A stretch of DNA of 64,000 nucleotides from Mobula hypostoma (lineage: Eukaryota): positions 204,044,001-204,108,000 of the forward strand of contig NC_086100.1 in NCBI RefSeq assembly GCF_963921235.1, read 5' to 3'. The number at the start of each line of letters is the position of its first letter. Positions within the stretch are counted from its first letter, which is position 1. Shown here one piece after another: positions 23,587-36,729 of this stretch. Both the position numbers and the translations under genes were made by a program. A model generated the notes under the pieces. The model did not search any database. It had not been told where the DNA came from and saw only the letters and a list, made by a program, of their open reading frames with translations.

Positions 23587-25051
23587 CCGAAAGCAGTATT
23601 GGACACGGCCTACCCTACCACATTGAAGTCCGCTGGTTGAGTAGACGGGTTGTGCTGATACGTGTTTCTTTTTCAATTACGTGCGGAAATTGGACTATTC
23701 ATGAACGAGAAAAGGAAACCGGTGGCAGAGCTGGATGACCCAGACTGGCTTCATGATCTTGCATTTTTGGTGATACAACAGAGCTCTTAAATGTGCTTAA
23801 TGTTAACATGCAATGCAGCAACAAACTTGTTACGGAATACTACGACAGCATTTGTGTCTTTCAAATTAAATTAGGCCTGTGGGAGATGTAACTATCCCAG
23901 AACAACCCAGATCCTTTCCCCTCTTTGCAGTCTGTGCCTGTCGCTCATGGGAATAATGACAACATGGACAGGTACAAGGACAAAATATCACTGCTGAAAA
24001 GTGAGTTTCAGAATCGTTTCTAAGTCTTCACTCCGCTCGAGAAGGAATTATCACAATTTGCTCAACATTCGCAGTCAACGCAGCATCAGATGTGCCGGAA
24101 GAACTCCAAACGGAACAAATTGAAAATCAGTGTAACTCGGCTTTGAAATATGAATTTGAGACTGTGTGTCTGGGCTCATTCTATCAACACCTGGGACCGA
24201 TGTACCCCAAGATGACAGACTTTGCCTCAAAGACCCTTTGCATGTTCAGGACAACATATCTCTGTGAGCAGGCATTCTACATAATGAACATTAACAAATT
24301 CAAACTGCCCTCACAGCTGACATACAGACATCTAAATGACATTTTGAAAATTACAACTGCCCAGAAACTGTTCCCTGATATTGACAGCCTGGTTAGAGCC
24401 AACAGATGTCAGGTGTCTGGAAGTAGCAAATGAAGAATGAGTGACACTGTTCGATGCACTGCGACATGTAAGCAAAATGCATTGTGAAATATTGAGTGTC
24501 ATAACATTGTGATTCATTCATTTTCTGAATATTGTATTATTGTAAATGTGAACACTTCAATAAAAAAAAATGGAGACTAACTCTGTTCATTGTCTGAGTT
24601 CGATCGCTGGAAGCAGGCTAATAGAAATTAGGTGCCGTTGTGTAGCCTACATTTACAATTTGTGTCGTTAGGTCTACATTTGTGTCTGCTAATGTTCAAT
24701 TTCAAATGGTTTATTAATGGAAAGTTTGTGGCTCCCAAATCAATCTTACCCAAAATAGCAACATTTTTTCTCTCCCTCGTCACAACTTTCTTGCAGCCTA
24801 GTAAGTTAATACCGATCAAAAAATAATGCTTGTCAGGCAATCTTTTTCATTAGAAACGAAATTCATAAAGTGAAACACTTTATAGTTATAGCAAAGACTG
24901 ACACAGATAAGAGCCGGTTGAAAATAAACGAAGGCAACGAAAACTGTGGGAGTACGCGCGCGTGTGTTTGCGCGTGCACAACTAGTCCGGCCCGCATGAA
25001 GTCACATTTTGCCCAATCTGACCCGTGGCCTAAAATGAGTTTGACACCCTG
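23587..25051 (+). mobile_element. hAT (Charlie/SPIN, GTF2IRD2-like) transposon, 3' half
   Basis: LPYHIEVRWLSR, DPDWLHDLAFLV, MFRTTYLCEQAFYIMNINK...HLNDILKI; right TIR ...TGAGTTTGACACCCTG at 25051. Confidence 0.88.
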
Positions 25052-25074
25052 GTATAGACGTTAGGAAAGAAGAA

Positions 25075-26460
25075 TGCTGGAGCTTTTAAACGCATCACGC
25101 TGAATAAGTCTACGAGACCGGACGAAATGGATACCAGGCTACTGCAGGAGGTGAGGGAGGAGATTGCTGAGCCTCTGGCAATGATCTTTGCATCATGAAT
25201 GGGGAGCTGAGAGGTTTCAGGGAATTTGAGGGCTGTAGTTGTTGTTCCCTTATTCAAGAAAGTGAGTCGTGATACCCAGGAAGTTATAGACCAGGAGTCT
25301 TACCTCAGTGGTTGGTAGGTTAATGGAAAATATTCTGTGAGGCAGGATTTATGAATATTTGGAGAGGTATAATATGATTAGTAATAGTCAGTATGGTTTT
25401 GTCAAAGGCAGGGTGTGCATTACCTGCCAGACTGATTTTTTTGAGGATGTGGCTAAATACATTGATGAGCATAGAACAGTGGATGTAGTGTTTATGGATT
25501 TCAGCAAGGCTTTTGATGTGATACTCCATGTAAGGCTTATTGAAAAAGTAAGGAGAGATGGAATCTAAGGGGACCTAATGGGACCTTGCTTTATGGATCT
25601 AGAAGTGGCCTGCCCACAGAAGGCAGGGAGTGTTTGTAGACGGGGTTATATTCTGCGAGGAGGTCGGTGACCAGTGGTGTGCCTCAGGGATCTGGTCTTG
25701 GAACCCTTTTCCTCGTTTTTTTTTATAAATGACCTGGATGAGGAAGTTGAGGGATGGGTTAGTACATTTTCTGTTGCAGAAATGTTAGGTGTGTTGTGGA
25801 TAGTGTGGAAGGCTGACAGAGGTGTCAGCGGGACACCGATAGGATGCTAAACTGCGCTGACAAGTGGCAGATGGAGTTCAACACAGATAAGTGCTAAGTG
25901 CTGCATTTTGTCAGGTCAAATATGATGTCAGAATATAGTATTAATAGTAAGATTCTTGGCAGTGTGGAGGATCAGAGGGATCTTGGGTTCTGAGTCCATG
26001 GGACATTAAAAACAGCTGCGCAGAATGTCTGTGTGATTGAGAAGGGATACGGTGCATTGGCCTTCATCAATCGTGGGATTGAGTTTATTGTTGCAGCTAT
26101 ATAGGACCGTGGTCAGTCCCCACTTGGAGTACTGTGTTCAGTTCTGGTCGCTTCACTACAGGAAGGATGTGAAAACCATAGAAAGGATGCAGAGGCGATT
26201 AAAAAGGATGTTGCCTGGATTGGGGCGCATGTCTTCTGAAAATAGGTTGAGTGAACTCGGCCTTTTTCTCCTTGGAGCGACAAAGGCTGAGAGGTGACCT
26301 GATACATGTGTATAAGATGATGAGGGGCATTGATCACGTCGATAGTCAGAAGCTTTTCACAGGGATAAAATGGCTAACACGAGAGGGTCAGTTTTAAGGT
26401 GCTTGGAAGTAGGTAAGTGGAGATGTCAGGGGTAAGTTTTTTTTAACGCAGAGAATGGCG
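25075..26460 (+). mobile_element. Older CR1 RT fragment
   Basis: QYGFVKGR, VFMDFSKAFD, PHLEYCVQFWS, with many frameshifts. Confidence 0.88.
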
Positions 26461-27189
26461 ATTGTCTGCCAGTGACGGGGAAAATAAATTGCAAATTGTC
26501 TATATTGAAGGAATCCCAGATCAGACAGATTTTTTTTGTGTTCTTTTCGTATTTGTAACACTATCTGACATATGAACTGCTCCAAGATGAAATTAAATAT
26601 AAGCTTACAAATACCTACATTTTATCAGTGGCTTGCATTGCGTATAATATCCGGGAAAGTAACATATCAAAGGAAGAGTGAATTATTTTTGTATGTTTAC
26701 TCAAATTCTAAATTATATCAGCCACAACATTACAATCTTTAATGGAAGTTGACGGAATGCGATCCAACAAATAGCAATGGTCATATTACCTATCTTAAAG
26801 AGAGGTTGGGTTCATTGTCACAGAATTATATATATGCTGGAAGTTTTCATAAATGTAAATTCCTTAAAACAGCCCCTGACGTAGATCCAACCTGCAAAGA
26901 ATACTGCAACTGCGTTCCGACAAATACCTTGTATAGACAAAATATTACATCTTTTTTTTATTCTAGTGCTATGGAAATTAATACCATTTCAGTAACGATG
27001 TCTGAACAATGGAACGAGGCAGACATCATAGGAGCAGAAGATATAGGAGCAGCATTAGGCCATCTGGCCAATGGAGTCTGCTCCGACATGTCATCATGGG
27101 CGGTCCATCATTTAACTCAGCCGCAATCTCCTGCCTTTTTCCTCGAATCCCTTCATACGTTGACCAATCAAGAAAATATCGCCTTCTGG

Positions 27190-27890
27190 CTTAAATATTC
27201 CTAAAGACTTTGCCTCCACATCTGCTGTAGGGATGGTTTCTGCAGACTGACCACTCCGTTGTGACAGGGCGCTTCTCTACTCTGGGGCTTTGTGATCTGT
27301 CCCTATGCACTTCGCTCTCCACATTCACTCTATAAAGACCTTTCACCGTTAGATAGGTGTCAATTAGGTCTCACTTCATTCCTCTGAATTCTTGTGTTTA
27401 CAGTCTCAAAACCATGAAACGCTTTTCCAATGCTATGCCGAATTATTTTCGTGACCGTCATTTCAACGCTATCCAGTGTTAGTACATAATTTCTAATATA
27501 AGGGGCCCAATACTGTTCACAATACTGCAAGTGCGGCCTCACTAGTGCTTTATAAAGCCTCATTCTTACATCCTTGCTTTTATATTCTAGTCTTCTTGAA
27601 ATGAATACCAGCATCGCATTTGCCTTTCTCAACACAGACTCAATCCGCTAATTAAGCTCTACGTAATCCTGAACAAGGACTACGAAGTCCCTTTGCGCCT
27701 CAGTTAATTTTTAAAATTTTCTCCCCATTCAAAAATGGTCGCCTCTTTCATTGCTTTAACGACAGTGCAAGATCAAAACTTTCCCGATTCTGTACACCAT
27801 TTGGCACCTCTTTGCTCATTCTCCAAATGGGTGTCAGTCCGTCTGTAGCCTCTCTGCTTCATCAAAAATAACTGCCCTCCAACAATTCTG
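27190..27890 (-). mobile_element. Decayed CR1 RT C-terminal fragment
   Basis: ORF 27360-27635 KANAMLVFISRRLEYKSKDVRMRLYKALVRPHLQY. Confidence 0.85.
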
Positions 27891-28344
27891 GTATCAGGAA
27901 ACTGTATAACAAGGCGCAGCTCTCCGGGCGCACAACCCCCAGAGCTAAACAGTTGACCCCGATATTTCGTGTTCCCCGTGACGCCTCGGTCAGGGGCACC
28001 GGCCTAGGATCGTCACATCTCCTGAGCTACGAAATCAAGGAAGTCTGAAGGCGCGGTTGCCTTCCAGGCCGCGTCGCTTGGATATCAAAACATGGCGCGC
28101 CGTGAGCTCCTGAGAGGGTTTCCAATTCCCACAAAGAACCAAAGTCAGCGTGTAAACTAAAGTTATAGTTTTCAAAAGAAACCCACACAGCATGAAATGA
28201 AAAAAAAAATAAAGCAGATGTCAATGGTAGAAATAAAACTGTTTCCAAAGATGCAAGCAAAGTAATCGCCTTTTAGCGCCACCTTAAGAACATTTCCCTT
28301 TCACCTCCCGACCATCGTCTCCTCTCGACTTTCCACTCTTTGCC

Positions 28345-30820
28345 TCCTGTAGATTGGGTGAACCAAATTGGTAAAGGTGCTGAGGAAGAGGATTTCTTGG
28401 AATGTATGCGGGATGGTTTTTTGAACCAACACGTCAAGGAACCAACTAGAGAGCAGGCTATTCTGGACTGGGTTTTGAGCAATGAGGAAGGGTTAATTAG
28501 CAATCTTGTCGTGAGAGGCCCCTTGGGTAAGAGTGACCATAATATGGTGGAATTCTTCATTAAGATGTAGAGTGACATAGTTAATTCAGAAACAAATGTT
28601 CTGAACTTAAAGAGGGGTAACTTTGAAGGTATGAGACGTGAATTAGCTAAGATAGACTGGCAAATGACACTTAAAGGATTGACGGTGGATATGCAATGGC
28701 AAGCATTTAAAGGTTGCATGGATGAACTACAACAATTGTTCATCCCAGTTTGGCAAAAGATTAAATCAAGGAAGGTAGTGCACCCGTGGCTGACAAGGGA
28801 AATTAGGGATAGTATCAATTCCAAAGAAGAAGCATACAAATTAGCCAGAGAAAGTGGCTCACCTGAGGACTGGGAGAAATTCAGAGTTCAGCAGAGGAGG
28901 ACAACGGCCTTAGTTAGGAAGGGGAAAAAAGATTATGAGAGAAAACTGGCAGGGTACATAAAAACGGACTGTAAAAGCTTTTATAGATATGTAAAAAGGA
29001 AAAGACTGGTAAAGACAAATGTAGGTCCCCTGCAGACAGAAACAGGTGAATTGATTATGGGGAGCAAGGACATGGCAGACCAATTGAATAATTACTTTGG
29101 TTCTGTCTTCACTAAGGAGGACATAAATAATCTTCCAGAAATAGTAGGAGACAGAGGGTCCAGTGAGATGGAGGAACTGAGCGAAATACATGTTAGTAAG
29201 GAAGTGGTGTTAGGTAAATTGAAGGGATTGAAGGCAGACAAATCCCCCGGGCCAGATGGTCTGCATCCTAGAGTGCTTAAGGAAGTAGCCCAAGAAATAG
29301 TGGATGCATTAGTGATAATTTTTCAAAACTCGTTAGATTCTGGACCAGTTCCTGAGGATTGGAGGGTGGCTAATGTAACTCCACTTTTTAAAAAAGGAGG
29401 GAGAGAGAAACCGGGGAATTATAGACCGGTTAGCCTATCGTCGGTGGTGGGGAAACTGCTGGAGTCAGTTATGAAGGATGTGATAACAGCACATTTGGAA
29501 AGCGGTGAAATGATCGGACAAAGTCAGCATGGATTTGTGAAAGGAAAATCATATCTGACGAATCTCATAGAATTTTTTGAGGATGTAACTAGTAGAGTGG
29601 ATAGGGGAGAACGAGTGGATGTGGTATATTTGGATTTTCAAAAGGCTTTTGACAAGGTCCCACACAGGAGATTAGTGTGCAAACTTAAAGCACACGGTAT
29701 TGGAGGTAAGGTATTGGTGTGGGTGGAGAATTGGTTAGCAGACAGGAAGCAAAGAGTGGGAATAAACGGGACCTTTTCAGAATGGCAGGCGGTGACTAGT
29801 GGGGTACCGCAAGGCTCAGTGCTGGGACCCCAGTTGTTTACAATATATATTAATGACTTGGATGAGGGAATTAAATGCAGCATCTCCAAGTTTGCGGATG
29901 ACAGGAAGCTGGGTGGCAGTGTTAGCTGTGAGGAGGATGCTAAGAGGATGCAGGGTGACTTGGATAGGTTGGGTGATTGGGCAAATTCATGGCAGATGCG
30001 AGTTAATGTGGATAAATGTGAAGTTATCCACTTTGGTGGCAAAAATAGGAAAACAGATTATTATCTGAATGGTGGCCGATTAGGAAAAGGGGAGGTGCAA
30101 CGAGACCTGGGTGTCATTATACACCAGTCATTGAAAGTGGGCATGCAGGTACAGCAGGTGGTGAAAAAGGCGAATGGTATGCTGGCATTATAGCGAGAGG
30201 ATTCGAGTACAGGAACAGGGAGGTACTATTGCAGTTGTACAAGGCCTTGGTGAGACCACACCTGGAGTATTGTGTGCAGTTTTGGTCCCCTAATCTGAAG
30301 AAAGACATCGTTGCCATAGAGGGAGTAAAAAGCAGGTTCACCAGATTGATTCCTGGGATGACAGGACTTTCATATGAAAAAAGACTGGATGAACTGGGCT
30401 TGTACTCGTTGGAATTTAGAAGATTGAGGGGGGATCTGATTGAAACGTATAAAATCCTAAAGGGATTGGACAGGCTAGATGCAGGAAGATTGTTCCCGAT
30501 GTTGGGGAAGTCCAGAACGAGGGGTCACAGTTTGACGATAGAGGGGAAGCCTTTTAGTACCGAGATTAGGAAAAACTTCTTCACACAGAGAGTGGTGAAT
30601 CTGTGGAATTCTCTGCCACCGGAAACAGTTGAGGCCAGTTCATTGGCTATATTTAAGAGGGAGTTAGATATGGCCCTTGTGGCTACGGGGGTCACAGGGT
30701 ATGGAGGGAAGGCTGGGCGGGGTTCTGAGTTGGATGATCAGCCATGATCATAATAAATGGCGGTGCAGGCTCGAAGGGCCGAATGGCCTACTCCTGCACC
30801 TATTTTCTATGTTTCTATGT
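28345..30820 (+). mobile_element. CR1 subfamily A, young, 5'-truncated within the endonuclease
   Basis: PTREQAILD...SDHN, 520-aa RT ORF 28631-30193, 1-nt deletion at ~30189, C-terminal ORF 30229-30747, tail TTTCTATG. Confidence 0.96.
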
Positions 30821-31454
30821 CAATGAAACATAGCTTTACCATGCTGGTATCTTTCATGTAAAACCAGGGGCTCCGAACTTGTTGAGCAGCCTCATGTGTG
30901 GCACCTTGCCAAAGGCCTTCTGAAAATACTCAGGCGTAGTATCCACCGATTCTAATTTGTCTATGATGCCTGTTATTTTTTAAAAGAATTCGAATAGATT
31001 GGTCAGGCAAGACGTTCGCTTGTAGAAACCAAGCTTTCCATGGCTGATATTACCATGTGTCTCCAAGCACCACGAAGCCACAATTGATTCGAAGTTCGAC
31101 CCAACCACTGGTGTCAGTCTAAATAGACTATAGTTTCCTATCTTCTCTTCTGCCTCTCTCTTTCCTTAAAGAGTGGTGCAGTATTTGCAATTTCGGAGTC
31201 TTCCGGAACCATTTCAGAAACGAATGATCCCTGAAAGATCGTTGTTAATCCCGCATTCTCTTCAGGCACCTCTTCCAGATCCCTGGCGTGTACAACATCT
31301 GGTGCTGGATATTTATCACGTTCTGTCTCGTAATATGAACTTCACAAACGTTTTATCCCTGAAGCTTTGCAACGTCCAGTGTCCTGCTAGAATACTCACA
31401 GAGAAAACTGATGCAAAAAAATAACATATTCAGTTCATCTCCCATTTTGTTGTG

Positions 31455-34400
31455 CCCGAGATGGATTCTTAGAACAGCCTGTATTGGAGCTTACCAGGGA
31501 GAAGGCAATTCTCGATTTAGTGTTGTGTAATGAACTGCATTTAGTAAGGAGACTCGAGGTAAAGGAGCCATTCGGAGGTAGTGTCCATAATATGATAAGT
31601 TTTAATCTACAATTTGACAGGGGGAGGTGAAAATTGGAAGTGTCGGCATTATAATTGAACAAAGGGGACTATGGAGCTATGAGGGAGTAACTGGCCAAGG
31701 TTGACTGCAAAGGTGCCCAAGCCGGGATGACAGTGGGAGAACAATGGCAGGTATTTCTGGGAATAATACAGGAGGTGCAGGATCAGTTCATTCCAAGACG
31801 GCCAGTGAGTGCGTGGGCCAGTGAAGGAGTGGAGCTTTGAGGCTTTGACTCTTGTCGAAGCCTCTCGAGTCAAAAACTCAAAGCTCCACTCCTTCACTGG
31901 CCCACTCACTCACTGGCCGCTTTCCACAGAACGGTGGTGCAGAAAGGTGGAACGGAGAAGAGGAGAGCTGTCGTCAATGGAGACTCTATAGTCAGGGGAG
32001 CAGACAGAAGACGGTGAGAAGTACATTGGCATGGTTCGTAGCCTACCGGGTGCCATGGTCCGAGATGTCTCTGACCGGGTGCACGACATCCTGGTCAATA
32101 CAAGAGGACATGGCTTTAAGGTAAGGAGTGGGAAGTTCAAGGGGGATATTAGAGGAAGGTTTTTTACTCAGAGAGTGGCCGGTGCGTGGAATGCACTGCC
32201 TGAGTCAGTGGTGGAGCCAGATACACTAGTGAAGTTTAAGAGACTACTAGACAGGTATATGGAGGAATTTAAGGTGGGGGCTTATATGGGAGGCAGGGTT
32301 TGAGGGTCGGCACAACACTGTAGGCCGTGGGGCCTGTACTGTGCTGTACTATTCTATGTTCTATGTTAAAAGAGGAAGAAAGATTCTAAGGGGAGTAAGG
32401 GGCGACCGTGGCTGACAAGGGAAGTCAAGGACAGTACAAAAATAAAAGAGAAGAAGTATAAACATAACAAAGATGAGCGAGAAGCCACAGGACTGGGAAT
32501 ATTTTACAGAGCAACAGAAGAAAACTAAAAAGGCAATACGGTGGGAAAATATGAGACACGAAGGTAAGCTAGCTAAGTATATAAAGGAGGATAGTAAAAG
32601 TTTCTTTAGGTATGTGAAAAGGGAAAAAAAAAGTAAGGACCAAAGCTGGGCCTCTAAAGACAGAAACGGGTGAATTTATCATGGGGAACAAGGAAATGGC
32701 AGATCAGTTGAAGAATAGGGAAGACACAAACAATCTCCCAGAGGTAATAGTGGCCAGAGGACTGAGGGTAACGGAGGAACTGAAGGAAATTCACATTAGG
32801 TAGAAAATGGTGTTGGATAGACTGATGAGACTGAAGGCTTATAAATCTCCATGGCCTGGTGGTATGCATCCCAGGGTACTTAAGGAGGTGGCTCTGGAAA
32901 TCGTGGATGCATTGGTAATTATTTTCCAATGTTCAATAGATTCAGGATCAGTTTCTGTGGGTTGGAAGGTAGCTAATGCTAAGAAAAGAGGGAGAGAGAA
33001 AACAGGAAATATAGCCGAGTTAACCTGACATTACTAGTGGGGAAGATGCTGGAGTCAATTATAGAAGATGAAATAGCGGCACATTTGGGTAGCAGTAACA
33101 GGATCAGTCCGAGGTAGCATGGATTTACGAAGGGGAAATCATGCTTGATTAATCTTCTGGAATTTTTTGAGGATGTAACTATGAAAAGGTACAAGGGACA
33201 GCCAGTAGATGTAGTGTACCTGGGCTTTCAGAAAGCCTTTGATAAGGTCCTACATAGGAGATTAGTGGGCGAAATTAGAGCAAATATATTGGGAGTAGGG
33301 TACTGACATGAATAAAAAAAATGGTTGGCAGACAGGAAACAAAGAGTAGGGATTAACAGGTCCCTTTCAGAATGGCAGGCGGTGACTAGTGCGGTACCAC
33401 AAGGCTCGGTGCTGGGACCGCAGCTATTTACGATATACATTAATGAATTAGATGAAGGCGTTAAAAGTAACATTAGCAAATTTGCAAATAACACAAATCT
33501 GGGTGGCAATGTGAAATGTGAGGAGGATGTTATGAGAATGCTTGGTAACTTGGACAGGTTGGGTAAGTGGGCAGAAACATGGCAGATGCAGTTTAATGTG
33601 GATAAATGTGAGGTTATCCACTTTGCTGGGAAGAACAGGAAGGCAGATTACTATCTGAATGGTGTCAAGTTAGGAAAAGGGGAAGCACAACGAGATCTAG
33701 GTGTCCTTGTACATCAGTCTCTGAAAGCAAACATGCAGGTACAGCAGGCAGTGAAGAAAGCTAATGGCATGTTGGACTTCAATACAAGGGGAGTTGAGTA
33801 TAGGAGCAAGTAGATCCTTCTGCGGTTGAACAGGGCCCTGGTGAGACCACACCTGTTGTATTATGTGCAGTTTTGGTCTCCAGATTTGAGGAAGAACATT
33901 CTTGCTATTGAGCGAGTGCAGCTGGGGGTCACGCGGCTAATTCCCGGGATGGCGGGGCTGACATATGTTGAAAGATTGGAGAGACTGGGCTTGTATACAG
34001 TGGAATTTAGAAGGATGAGAGGGGATCTCATTGAAACATGTACGATTATTAAGGGATTGGGCAAACTAGAGGCAGGAAAGATGTTCCTGATGTCGGTGGC
34101 TTTAGATGAAGGGATTTAAAGTAACATTAGCAAATTTGCAGATGACGAAAAGCTGGGTGGCAGTGCGAAATGTGAGCAGGATGTTATGAGAACGCAGGGT
34201 GACTTCGACAGCTTGGGTGAGTGGGCAGAAGCATTGCAGATGCAGTTTAATGTGGATAAATATGAACCAGAGGTCATAGTTTAAAAATAAGTTGTAAGGC
34301 ATTTAGAATAGAGTTGAGGAAAAACTTTTTCACCCAGAGAGTTGTGGATCTGTGGAATGCTCTGCCTCAGAAGTCAGTGGAGCCCAAACCTCTGGATGCT

Positions 34401-34558
34401 TTAAAGAAAGAGTTAGAAAGAGCTCTTATAGATAGCGGAGTCAAGGGATATGGTGAGAAGGCAGGAATGGGGTACTGATTGTGGATGATCAGCCATGATC
34501 ACATTGCTGGCTCGAAGGGCCGAATGGCCTGCTCCTGCACCTATTGTCTATTGTCTAC
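31455..34558 (+). mobile_element. CR1 (subfamily A-related, older) with a nested insert at 31799-32367 and an internal duplication at ~34100-34262
   Basis: RT ORFs 32807, 33325, 33826; tail ATTGTCTATTGTCT; ~33448-33605 is repeated at ~34102-34262. Confidence 0.9.
31799..32367 (+). mobile_element. Rearranged mini-CR1: 5' hairpin, ORF1 esterase scrap, subfamily B 3' end
   Basis: Inverted repeat 31800-31851 / 31867-31918; GDSIVRGADRR and LPGAMVRDVSDRVHDIL; then TRGHGFKV... and tail. Confidence 0.8.
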
Positions 34559-35234
34559 TAATACCTCTCCAAAATCTTTTTGCTGTGGTCCGTTATCGAT
34601 TTTCAACTCTCCTTTACTCAATATCTCCGATAAAGAAAACTTTAGTCGACCTCTTTAATATTATTGGATAGCTCACTTTCGTATTTCATCATTTCGTTTT
34701 TCATATTTCTAGTTGCCTTCTGTTGGGGTTTTTAAAAGCTTCCTAATCACGTGAGGTCCCAATGATATTTGCGCTGTTTTCTGCCCTCTATTTGATTCTT
34801 AGGTTGGCTCTGGGTTCCCATTTTAGAAATCCTGCCACAAGAACACTCCTTCCCTTTTCGGAAGTACAGTATATATCCTCTGTCATCAGAATTGCTTCCA
34901 GAAATTTCAGCTATTGCTGCTGTGCCGCAACCCTGCCATTGTTCCTTTCAAATCAATTTGCCTGACTCCTCTCTCAAGCCCCAGTAATTCCCTGTACTGC
35001 GCTGCAATGCTTCATCATCTGAAGTTGGCTCCTCTTTCTCAAATTGCCGGGTGAATGCGAGCATATTATGATCACTTTCACCTAAGGGCTATTTTAATTT
35101 CAGCTCTCCGATCAAATCTCTGTCACTGCACAATCCAGAATAATTATTTACATACTGGGCTCAGCCACGAGCTTCTGTACAAAATATTTTTTTTTACACA
35201 TTCTAAAACTACTCCTCTTGCGATTCAGCACCAA

Positions 35235-35840
35235 ACAGATTTTCCTCTTTCTCGATCTCTCCGTCTTCATCTCTGGAGGCATACTGCCAAACATAACTTT
35301 TAGACACCAACTGATTCCCACAGGTATATCGAATATACCTTTTCCCACCCTATCTTCTGTACAAATGTTATTCTCTTTACTCAGTTTCTTCACCTCTGCC
35401 ATATTGTTCCCAGCACACGGGTTTCTATTTGAGGTGGTGTCCTTTTCTTTGGGGAACGTGGTTTCCCTTCTTTTACTATTGATGCGGCCTTCAGCTGCAT
35501 CTCCTGAATTTTCCGTAACTCCACACGCACCCCATTCTTCTGCCGCCTGAACAGTGGTAGTGCCCTTAACTCCCACTCCATCAGCCTCCACATTAAACAC
35601 GTTATCTGCCGCATTTTGGGCCATCTCCAAATGGATCCTACCACCACACCTATCTTTTCCCCCCTCCTGTACATATTCTGTAAATATCGCTCCATCCGCG
35701 ATTTCCTTTTCCATTCACCACTCCACACCAATCTACCTCTAGGCACCTACCCTTAAGTGCTACATATGCCCATTCACCTCGTAATTCACCTCCATTCGTG
35801 GACCCAAACAGTTTTGCCAGGTGGAGCATAAAATTACCAA
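35235..35840 (+). mobile_element. Penelope-like element ORF fragment (RT thumb and linker)
   Basis: FLFLDLSVFISG, PTDSHRYIEYTFSHP, FTQFLHLCHI, HLQMDPTTTP and GTYP.KCYICPFT resemble Penelope/Neptune PTDSHSYLDYTSSHP...FSQFLRLRRICS and the Cys linker before GIY-YIG. Confidence 0.8.
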
Positions 35841-36729
35841 CTACTAGTGAAACAGACCATAAATACAGCCGGACACCCGCAGTACGCGAACTACGAAGAG
35901 GATAAGCTTCAATTCGCTGGTATATCTAACATAAGTACATAGTGGTCATATTATTACATTATGACCCATTCGTTATGTCACAGCGCTGAATACAGATGCG
36001 CTGGCTAATCCTAACGACAGAACTGAATCCATTGGAGACGACGTACAGGATATTTTGCAAGAAAATCATGAGTATAGAATATTTCAGTTATGAGGAAAGA
36101 ATGGATGATGTATGGTTGCCTCCCTGCAGGAAAGAGAACAATAGTGGTACACATTTTTCCAGAGACAGAGACACAGTGGGCGTGGGAAACATTCTTCAGT
36201 AATGGAGATATCCATGACCAGCAGACTGAATCGTAAATGAATAAAGTGTTAGAGGTTTCTAAGGAAAATAATTACGCCAGAAAGTATGTCGTTGATGTAC
36301 AGTGGATCAAAACATTATCTTCCCAGTGTAACTACAACACCACACCTCTGACGACAAATCGGCGAATATCTCTTTCATTTTCTTCTCTCCATTCTCTCCC
36401 TTCCTAGGGTGTAGCGACTACAAATTTACCCTGTATTCCAGCTGTGGCTGAAGCAGAGTTTGCTTTATGAGATAGATATGAAGCATCATGCTACTCGAAT
36501 GCTCTCCAGAGTGTGACAACTTTTCTCATCCTCAGTATTCGTTGGGGACTTAAGCTCTGTCAACAGTTAATTAGTACTTGGACAATGATCGGTAAGACGC
36601 AGAAAGCGGTAGATCAGCTAACAGCTGGGGCTCTGATGAACCACTGAGCAACAATATGACAGCACAGCGCAATTTTCTTGAGTTTCAAACTAAAGTTTGA
36701 AAAGGCAGAGTTTCGCGGCGGTTTTTCGA

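Larger units (their letters stand above)
30825..35215 (-). mobile_element. Old minus-strand CR1 split into ~30825-31450 and ~34560-35215 by the younger CR1 at 31455-34558
   Basis: Both flanks are reverse-complement CR1 ORF2-like sequence (ccaaaggccttctgaaaat; atattatgatcact) and continue collinearly across the insert. Confidence 0.6.

Noticed and set aside
26749..27204. 151-aa ORF as a possible host exon
   Set aside because: The opposite strand looks like a decayed CR1 RT C-terminus (LYKVFVGTQLQY); no recognisable domain on the plus strand.
29638..30042. Recurring antisense ORFs MPPKWITSHLSTL... (also 4069, 44141, 52893)
   Set aside because: Shadow frames of the same CR1 RT sequence; they recur only because the element does.
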